Shown: positions 8,829 to 14,744 of the stretch, piece after piece
How the letters are laid out: each line of letters opens with the position of its first letter
Position numbering within the stretch: the stretch's first letter is position 1
Source of the DNA: Oligoflexus sp.
Lineage (GTDB): Bacteria; Bdellovibrionota_B; Oligoflexia; Oligoflexales; Oligoflexaceae
Assembly (NCBI GenBank): GCA_041736305.1
Contig: JBGSTX010000136.1
Span: 1-14,744 of the forward strand
Length of the DNA: 14,744 nucleotides
Reading direction: 5' to 3'
Notes under the pieces: generated by a model
The model's input: the letters and a program-made list of their open reading frames with translations, nothing else
Database searches by the model: none
Told to the model about the DNA's origin: nothing
Position numbers and translations under genes: made by a program

Positions 8829-9380
8829 CTATTCGGAATCACCGATCATTTCGTCACATATCTCGTTGACTTCTGGCGCTTTTTCCAATTCCTGCTTCAG
8901 GTCCCGGATGATAGATACCGCTTCCTTCTGCGTTATCGCTGCCTTCGCGAGAGCTTCGCAAAGGCGCTGTTCGAGCTTATCAGTGACTTCATAGACACTG
9001 CGGTGCTGAGGCCAGAGGTTATCGCGCTTATTACTCCCACCCATGCAGAGGGGAACCATGTGATCGATCTTGAAATCACTCCGGTCTAATTGGCCGACTT
9101 GATAATTCAGCTCAGTGTCGTAGGTCTTGATAATGTTGACTTTGGTAGTCTTGGCGACAGCGCGACGGCAGTAGGGGATTTGCTCAGGATAGCGGAGGGA
9201 GTCGGGTTCCTGGCAAAGGCTGCCGGGAGTCATGCTGAGGTCAGGGCGGATGGGGTACAAACCGGATCGATCATCAGGAAACGCTAAATTACTCAGCTGG
9301 GACTCAGAAGACGTTTCGTCAGCTTGTGGCTGGCCGCAGGCCATACAGGCAAGCAGGGACATCGCTATCCACGGGCGCAT
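8829..9380 (-). CDS. HNH-endonuclease-like lipoprotein
   Basis: Start moved from 9506 to ATG 9380 (GAGG 6 nt upstream; 9383 and 9392 are alternatives). Signal peptide MRPWIAMSLLACMAC-GQ. It has PDLSMTPGSLC, the HNH core IDHMVPLCMGGSNKRDNLWPQ (9006-9068) and a DKLEQRLC helix. Confidence 0.8.
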   Translation of the reverse strand: MRPWIAMSLLACMACGQPQADETSSESQLSNLAFPDDRSGLYPIRPDLSMTPGSLCQEPDSLRYPEQIPYCRRAVAKTTKVNIIKTYDTELNYQVGQLDRSDFKIDHMVPLCMGGSNKRDNLWPQHRSVYEVTDKLEQRLCEALAKAAITQKEAVSIIRDLKQELEKAPEVNEICDEMIGDSE

Positions 9381-9630
9381 CATCAACCTCATAGTTAAGC
9401 ATTTACGGTGCTTAGTAGAAACGCCGAACCTATTATCGGCATATACGAGCTTCTGTACATTTCGCGAGCAAGTCGTAGCATGAAGATAATTCAAAGTGAA
9501 AGACAAAAATATGTGCCTTTACCAAAAGAATTCTACCTTCTAAGCCTTGCCCCTAAAGGTTTTCCTGCCGAACGAACATTTTTGACGCGCCGCCCCACCC
9601 TTATGGACACCTCGCTTAGGAGCAGGCACA

Positions 9631-9783
9631 ATGTTAGAAGCTGCCTCAAAAACTAGAATCTTTGATGCTCTCTCCAATAGAAGTCGAACGGAGGAAAAAT
9701 CCCTCTCGCGAACTTCGGTACTTCAAACGCGTGCACCCATGTTCTATCTCTTGAGTCAGCTTTTCGTTCAGCAGGATTATTAA
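9631..9783 (+). CDS. Candidate small protein (50 aa), absent from the supplied ORF track
   Basis: AGGAG (9618-9622) lies 8 nt before ATG 9631. Translation: MLEAASKTRIFDALSNRSRTEEKSLSRTSVLQTRAPMFYLLSQLFVQQDY*. The TAA runs straight into the RBS of the next gene (TAAAGAGGAG). Confidence 0.4.
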   Translation: MLEAASKTRIFDALSNRSRTEEKSLSRTSVLQTRAPMFYLLSQLFVQQDY

Positions 9784-9800
9784 AGAGGAGTCTCGCCGCA

Positions 9801-10253
9801 ATGTCTGCACAAAAGCGCAAGCTCAGTAATTTTCTTCTGCAGCCTCTGCTGCAAATCCGCCTCGGACTCTATTCCATTATCCTATCGCTTGGCTTTTGTA
9901 TCGCGATCGTTACAATCTTTTACGTTAATTTATATCGCTTTTACGATCTGGTCCTCGAGCTGACAGATCTGCGCGAAGAAGTCAGCGAAATTTTGCAGGG
10001 ATATATCGAAGGACTCACCTTCTGGCTCGTTGTTCTCCTCGTCGTCTATTTAATCATCACTGTCGCCGTATCGATCTTTTTCACGCACAAGCTAGTGGGA
10101 CCGACCTATGCGTTTCGTCGCCACGTACGTGAACTCGGCAAGGGCAACTATAAATCGCGCATCGTCCTCAGAAAGCACGACGCTTTTCAAGAAGTCGCCG
10201 ATGACCTCAACGAACTGGCCGTGACACTTGAAGCCAATCGTCGACGCGGCTAA
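9801..10253 (+). CDS. Small two-TM membrane protein with C-terminal HAMP domain and no output domain
   Basis: RBS AAGAGGAG. Basic N-terminus (KRKLSNFLLQPLLQ) and two hydrophobic segments. The HAMP-like THKLVGPTYAFRRHVRELGKGNYKSRIVLRKHDAFQEVADDLNELA is followed almost at once by the stop. Confidence 0.8.
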   Translation: MSAQKRKLSNFLLQPLLQIRLGLYSIILSLGFCIAIVTIFYVNLYRFYDLVLELTDLREEVSEILQGYIEGLTFWLVVLLVVYLIITVAVSIFFTHKLVGPTYAFRRHVRELGKGNYKSRIVLRKHDAFQEVADDLNELAVTLEANRRRG

Positions 10254-10286
10254 TTTGCGAGCAGAGAAAAGAGGAGAAATTCGCGC

Positions 10287-11273
10287 ATGAGCTCCGATTG
10301 GTTCGAAGCAGCCACCCAAGGGAGCGGCTCGGTAGCGGCCGGATTCGATCGTGTCATCTGCATCGAAGAGAGCAGGCTCCAATTCGTTCGCTGCCTCAAA
10401 GCGGCCGTACTGAGCCCGGTACCCCATGCCCCCGATCGCATTGCTCTCTTGGCTCAAGATATTCGAGTTCTCGACCAAACCCTGCAGCTGCGGCTGGGAA
10501 TTCTCGCCATGGACCGTCCCCAGGCCTGGTTTCGGCACAGTCCTGCGACCGAACGCGGACCCTTTGGAGCTACGGTCTACGAGGAACCTGTATTCGCGCG
10601 TTTTGACGAGCAGCGGGCCGTCAGCATCAGGCATTTACTGCCCCAGCTCTGGCGGAGCCGCCAGCTGGCCTGTGAGGGCTACGACCCAGGTCCGTCTCTT
10701 TGGGGACGTCTCCTGCAGATCAATAAGAAATATGGGCAGCTGAACCAGCTCCCCCATCCCTTCAGCGACCTCAGTCTTGAAGAACTTCCAGAAGCTCTCC
10801 CCGACGATATAGCGAGCCCGACTTTGCTGCAGTATGCGACTCAGCTTAGCCAGCGTATGAAAGCTTGTCAGAAAGACTTAGAGGGCTGCTTTCAAACGCT
10901 CTGGTCCCGCTCGGAGTCTTTTCTTTACGCTCTGCATCTCCAGCACCTTTCAGCCAAGGCCCGTCAGCAGCAGGGTCGAAGTGAGGATAAGCGAGATGAT
11001 ACGCGCCAGGGTTGGTGGGATGCGCGACGTCGTTGGTCTGAAAAGGAAAACGACAAGGATAAGTCCGAGGCACCCCCACGCAAACTCAGCCAGGCGCTTG
11101 AGGATGCACTCCGTTTCATGAACTTCGGAAGCCTGCCGGATTTCGGTAATTTACGTCAAAGATACCGGGTTATGGCCCATACTCTGCATCCTGACCGGGG
11201 TGGCAATGAGGACAAGTTCAAGCTGCTCACGCAGCACTATCAAGAGATCCTCAGCATCCTCCCACGTAGCTGA
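10287..11273 (+). CDS. Class C J-domain protein (C-terminal J domain, uncharacterised N-terminal region)
   Basis: RBS AAGAGGAG. The C-terminal ALRFMNF...LRQRYRVMAHTLHPDRGGNEDKFKLLTQHYQEIL has an intact HPD (11187-11195) and is preceded by a charged linker. Confidence 0.85.
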   Translation: MSSDWFEAATQGSGSVAAGFDRVICIEESRLQFVRCLKAAVLSPVPHAPDRIALLAQDIRVLDQTLQLRLGILAMDRPQAWFRHSPATERGPFGATVYEEPVFARFDEQRAVSIRHLLPQLWRSRQLACEGYDPGPSLWGRLLQINKKYGQLNQLPHPFSDLSLEELPEALPDDIASPTLLQYATQLSQRMKACQKDLEGCFQTLWSRSESFLYALHLQHLSAKARQQQGRSEDKRDDTRQGWWDARRRWSEKENDKDKSEAPPRKLSQALEDALRFMNFGSLPDFGNLRQRYRVMAHTLHPDRGGNEDKFKLLTQHYQEILSILPRS

Positions 11274-11311
11274 AGTAAAGTCCTCATTTTTGGCTTAGCT
11301 GACCCTCCTTA

Positions 11312-11336
11312 ATACTTGACCAAATCGCTAGAGAAA
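11312..11336 (+). promoter_or_regulatory. Putative IscR/Rrf2-type operator overlapping a TTGACC -35 upstream of sufS
   Basis: ATACTTGACCAAATCGCTAGAGAAA. The left half fits the IscR type-1 half-site ATASYYGAC exactly; the right half fits 5 of 9 positions. It sits about 90 nt upstream of a cysteine desulfurase gene. Confidence 0.45.
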
Positions 11337-11428
11337 AACGATATTGTGCTTGCGAGGCCTAGGAGCCTCGTTTATCAGAGCTAAGGTCTTCATCGACCGC
11401 TTGATCTAGTCCCAAAGGAGCGCAGATC

Positions 11429-12619
11429 GTGAAAGAAAGCTTCCCTCTGTTCGAGCACGATCCCGACCTCGTTTATCTCGATAGCGCAGCCACCAGTCAA
11501 AAGCCGCGGGTCGTAATCGATCGTCTGGAACGCTACTATAGCCAAGAAAACGCTAACGTCCATCGCGGCGTCTACCAGCTGTCTGAGGAAGCCACGCGCG
11601 CTTTCGAAGGCGCTCGCCAGAGTATAGCTAAGCATCTCGGTGCCAGTGCGCGAGAAATTATCTTCACCCGCGGCACGACCGATGCGATCAACCTCGTCGC
11701 TAGCTGTGCCGGACAAGTTCAGCTTAAAGCTGGCGATGAAATTCTACTTACTGTCGCCGAACATCATTCCAATATCGTTCCCTGGCAGATCGTTGCCGAA
11801 CGCTACGGTGCCAAGGTCCGCTATATTCCCCTGAATTCTGATTTTCGTCTGGACCTCGACGCCGCGCGGCGCCTGATCAACGGCAAGACCAAGATAGTAG
11901 CGCTGGCTCATATTTCGAATGTGCTGGGCATTATTCATCCAGTGCGCGAGCTGATTAAGATGGCCAAGGAAGTCGGGGCTTGGACTCTCCTCGATGGGGC
12001 CCAGGGAGCTGCGCATCTGCCCGTCGACGTATGCGAGCTGGACTGCGATTTCTATGCTCTGAGTGGTCACAAGGCCTATGGACCTACGGGAATCGGTGTG
12101 CTTTTCGGTAAGGCCGCGCGATTGAATGCGATGCCCCCCTATCAGGGCGGCGGTGACATGATAGAAACGGTGACCCTGGATGGGTCTACCTGGAATGAGC
12201 TGCCCAGCAAGTTCGAAGCTGGGACCCCACATATCGCCGGTGGCATCGGCCTAGGCGCGGCGCTCGACTTTCTGCGCGCACTCGATCTCGATCGCGTGCT
12301 TACCCATGATCGCGAGCTGGGACAGTATCTTTACGATGCGTTCAGCGATTTTCAAGATGTGCAGACCTTCGTAAAACCGGGGCCCGATTGGATAGGCATC
12401 CTCACCTTCGCTCACCGCAGTATCCACCCTCACGATCTAGCAGCTGTTTGTGATGGAGAAAAAGTCTGTATCAGAGCCGGTCATCATTGTGCGCAGCCGC
12501 TGATGAAAGTACTGGGAGTATCGGCCACGGCACGTGTGTCACCAGCCCTTTACAATAGTAAGGAAGATATTGACCGCTTTCTCGGTGCGCTTCGCAAAGC
12601 TGAACGACTTTTCGCCTGA
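11429..12619 (+). CDS. sufS: Cysteine desulfurase, SufS (group II) family
   Basis: GTG start with AAGGAG RBS. Motifs YLDSAATSQKP, ANVHRG, FTRGTT, EHHSN, the PLP-lysine motif SGHKAYGPTGIG, KFEAGTP and the catalytic RAGHHCAQP. Confidence 0.95.
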   Translation: MKESFPLFEHDPDLVYLDSAATSQKPRVVIDRLERYYSQENANVHRGVYQLSEEATRAFEGARQSIAKHLGASAREIIFTRGTTDAINLVASCAGQVQLKAGDEILLTVAEHHSNIVPWQIVAERYGAKVRYIPLNSDFRLDLDAARRLINGKTKIVALAHISNVLGIIHPVRELIKMAKEVGAWTLLDGAQGAAHLPVDVCELDCDFYALSGHKAYGPTGIGVLFGKAARLNAMPPYQGGGDMIETVTLDGSTWNELPSKFEAGTPHIAGGIGLGAALDFLRALDLDRVLTHDRELGQYLYDAFSDFQDVQTFVKPGPDWIGILTFAHRSIHPHDLAAVCDGEKVCIRAGHHCAQPLMKVLGVSATARVSPALYNSKEDIDRFLGALRKAERLFA

Positions 12620-12632
12620 GAGGGTGCCGGGA

Positions 12633-13106
12633 ATGAATGCAGCCAACTCTGAGTGGAAAGAGACGATACTCGATCATTATAAGAATCCACGCGCCTACGG
12701 TGAACCAGCTGTGGTTTACGCTGAGGCTGAGGAGCATAATCGCACCTGCGGCGACCACGTTAAGATTTTCCTCGGGCCGGGTACCTCACCGCCTCGTTTC
12801 AGCCTGAGTTTTACGGGAGCCGGCTGTTCGCTCTGCATCGCCAGCGCTTCCCTTATGTGCGGTCTCATGCAGAATGTTTTGCTGCATGAAGCTGAGACAG
12901 AATATGCTAAATTTAACTTAGTTTGGGCCAATGGGACCCAGCCTGGAGACTCAACTAGCTGGGAGGTCGTAGCAGGCCTGCGCCAGTATCCGGTGCGGTC
13001 GCGCTGCGTTAAACTACCCTGGCAAGCGCTCGAGAAAATCATGCGCACTTGGCCTCCTGCAACAAGTGAAGGGGAACTCACGCAGCATGTCACAGACGAT
13101 GTTTAA
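12633..13106 (+). CDS. sufU: SufU-type (NifU N-terminal-like) sulfur-transfer / Fe-S assembly protein
   Basis: Start moved from 12534 to ATG 12633 (GAGAGGG upstream, just after the sufS stop). Motifs ILDHYKNPR, NRTCGD, GAGCSLCIASAS and YPVRSRCVKLPWQAL. It has the SufU-type insertion before the last conserved Cys and lacks the IscU LPPVK motif. Confidence 0.88.
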   Translation: MNAANSEWKETILDHYKNPRAYGEPAVVYAEAEEHNRTCGDHVKIFLGPGTSPPRFSLSFTGAGCSLCIASASLMCGLMQNVLLHEAETEYAKFNLVWANGTQPGDSTSWEVVAGLRQYPVRSRCVKLPWQALEKIMRTWPPATSEGELTQHVTDDV

Positions 13107-13485
13107 GAGTCCGTTGGGTCAGCCTCGCTTTTTGCCAGTCCTTCGTCTTCATTGTCCCTACTGCTGTGAGGAGAGCCTGCGTGCGGCCTCCTCGTGGTTT
13201 GAATTCAAAGAGGTTTGTCCTCGCTGCCACTATAAAATCGAGCGTGAGAATGGTTATTTTACAGGGGCATCCTGGATGATTAACTTTCCAGTCACCGCTA
13301 GTTTGGCATTTTTGCTGGTTATCTGGCTTTATCAGGCGGGTGGATGGGGATCGATGAGCATCGCGGGGATTGCGGCTTTCTTTACCTTTGCCTTTGGGCT
13401 TTGGTTCTTTCCTTTTAGCCAAAGCCTTTGGCTTTATATTGAGCACCGACTGCGACCTTTGGAAGCCGAGGACTTTGTTACTTAG
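13087..13485 (+). CDS. DUF983-like Zn-ribbon membrane protein
   Basis: CPYC...CPRC followed by ERENGYFTGA, two TM helices and PFSQSLW. Likely start ATG 13087 (GAAGGGGA upstream; 13099 is an alternative), overlapping the sufU stop. Confidence 0.78.
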   Translation: MSQTMFKSPLGQPRFLPVLRLHCPYCCEESLRAASSWFEFKEVCPRCHYKIERENGYFTGASWMINFPVTASLAFLLVIWLYQAGGWGSMSIAGIAAFFTFAFGLWFFPFSQSLWLYIEHRLRPLEAEDFVT

Positions 13486-13514
13486 CTCAAAGCCCTCGAC
13501 TCCACATTCTGAGT

Positions 13515-14744
13515 TCAAAAGATATTGACCTGATGGCCTGTACTCCCTTCCGCTGCAGCTCCCGCAGTAGAGGTAGGGGCGCTAACTGGTCTCTCGTCGA
13601 CGTCGAGACCTAACGCCTCCTTGAGAACGTCGGCAACATTGTAGGCGAAGACAAATTCGAGCTCACGACGAACCTCTTCAGGCACTTCCTGAATATCTTT
13701 CCTATTGCGCTCGGAGAGAAGTATCCTGGTGATCCCGGCTCTGTGGGCCGCAAGTACTTTCTCCTTCACACCACCGACTGCCGTCACTGCGCCGCGTAGA
13801 GTAATTTCCCCTGTCATCGCCAGATTCGGGCTCACAGAGCGTTGGGCATAGAGTGAAGCCAGAGCGGTGAGCATCGTTACACCCGCCGATGGACCATCCT
13901 TGGGTATCGCCCCTGCTGGGACGTGGACGTGTACATCGGTCTTCTCGTAGTCGAGTCGCGTGCGCAGCGAGGAGAGCAGAGAACGCACATGGGTCAGAGC
14001 GATCTGCACCGACTCTTTCATCACATCACCCATCTGCCCCGTCAGCGTAAGCTGGCCCTTACCTGGCATCGATTTGGCTTCGATGAAGAGAATTTCACCA
14101 CCCATAGGGGTCCAAGCCAGACCAGTGACAACTCCCGGCGGCATATGAGTCTGAGCTAGTTCCATCGTGTAGGGCTCGGTGCCTAGTAGCCGCTCGAGAT
14201 CGCTCGTCTTCAGATGCAGCTGGTTCTCCGACTGCAGAATGTCTTCGGTAGATCCGCGAATCAGTGCTGCGAGTCGGCGCTTCAGATCCCTTACCCCTGC
14301 TTCACGCGTATAGTGAGTGATCACATGCAAGAGCGCATCTTCTGCGAGAAGGAGCTGCGAGGCTTTGACGCCGTGCTGCTCCATAGCTTCGGGCCAGAGA
14401 TGCTGCTTGGCAATGTGCAGCTTCTCAGCTGTGGTATAGCCCGAAAGATTGATGATCTCCATGCGATCGCGGAGCGGGCCAGGTATCGTTTCGAGACTGT
14501 TGGCCGTAGCGATGAACATGACCTGCGAAAGGTCGTAGGGTACCTCAAGGTAATGATCGCGGAAGCTCGTGTTCTGCTCGGGATCGAGAACCTCGAGGAG
14601 AGCAGCTGCGGGATCGCCAGTTATACCGTTCGAAAGCTTATCGATTTCATCGAGAAGGAAAACCGGGTTGTTGCTGCCACAGGTCTTCAATGCCTGGAGA
14701 ATACGACCCGGACGAGAGCCGATGTAGGTGCGCCGGTGGCCGCG
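13515..14744 (-). CDS. lon: ATP-dependent Lon protease (LonA), 5' part outside the window
   Basis: Frame is open to the window edge (RGHRRTYIGSRPGRILQAL). Motifs: Walker B LLDEIDK, GDPAAALLEVLDPEQN, FIATAN, LRDRME, YTREAGVR, GLAWT, and the Ser-Lys dyad in PKDGPSAG and GGVKEK. Confidence 0.97.
   Translation of the reverse strand, partial: RGHRRTYIGSRPGRILQALKTCGSNNPVFLLDEIDKLSNGITGDPAAALLEVLDPEQNTSFRDHYLEVPYDLSQVMFIATANSLETIPGPLRDRMEIINLSGYTTAEKLHIAKQHLWPEAMEQHGVKASQLLLAEDALLHVITHYTREAGVRDLKRRLAALIRGSTEDILQSENQLHLKTSDLERLLGTEPYTMELAQTHMPPGVVTGLAWTPMGGEILFIEAKSMPGKGQLTLTGQMGDVMKESVQIALTHVRSLLSSLRTRLDYEKTDVHVHVPAGAIPKDGPSAGVTMLTALASLYAQRSVSPNLAMTGEITLRGAVTAVGGVKEKVLAAHRAGITRILLSERNRKDIQEVPEEVRRELEFVFAYNVADVLKEALGLDVDERPVSAPTSTAGAAAEGSTGHQVNIF

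Noticed and set aside
7751..9380. NERD plus HNH pair as a mobile element or restriction system
   Set aside because: No integrase, transposase, methyltransferase or att-like repeats are present, and the HNH protein appears to be exported.
9433..9460. Perfect GCCGATAA (sigma-28 -10) on the minus strand upstream of the HNH gene
   Set aside because: No TAAA/TCAAG -35 at the proper spacing, so it is too weak to call, although not excluded.
9408..9656. 82-aa plus-strand ORF in the divergent intergenic region
   Set aside because: No clear RBS or motif, and it spans the probable promoter region. The 9631 ORF has much better initiation signals.
10092..10634. 180-aa minus-strand ORF, and similar shadow ORFs such as 4903-5367, 7976-8422, 11744-12232 and 13090-13518
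   Set aside because: They lie antisense to well-supported genes and have no recognisable motifs.
2047..11360. 11-bp sequence TTGCGAGGCCT shared by two intergenic regions (2047-2057 and 11350-11360)
   Set aside because: Only two copies with no extended similarity; compatible with chance.
12534..12632. Apparent long overlap of sufU with sufS, and the N-terminal extensions at 2165, 4516 and 9506
   Set aside because: These come from longest-ORF calling. Downstream ATGs have RBSs and give proper signal peptides or family N-termini.

Overview
Bacterial chromosomal segment of moderate GC with 11 conventional CDSs and no rRNA, tRNA, CRISPR array or recognisable mobile element. The gene style (lipoprotein vWA/MIDAS protein, stand-alone HAMP membrane protein, lipoprotein HNH, secreted proteases) suggests Bdellovibrionota/Oligoflexia or a related deltaproteobacterial lineage; this is an inference. 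Left half: a 5'-truncated thermolysin/fungalysin-like (M4/M36) metallopeptidase, a vWA/MIDAS lipoprotein with six ~58-aa C-terminal repeats and a Vpr-like S8 lipoprotein protease (all +), facing a NERD PD-(D/E)XK nuclease and an HNH lipoprotein (both -). Right half: a candidate unannotated 50-aa ORF, a stand-alone HAMP protein, a C-terminal J-domain protein, sufS-sufU-DUF983 without adjacent sufBCD and preceded by an IscR/Rrf2-like box, and the convergent 3' part of lon. The best leads are the repeat-stalk MIDAS adhesin inside a hydrolase cluster, the orphan sufS-sufU-DUF983 unit and the small ORF. None is proven novel without database searches.
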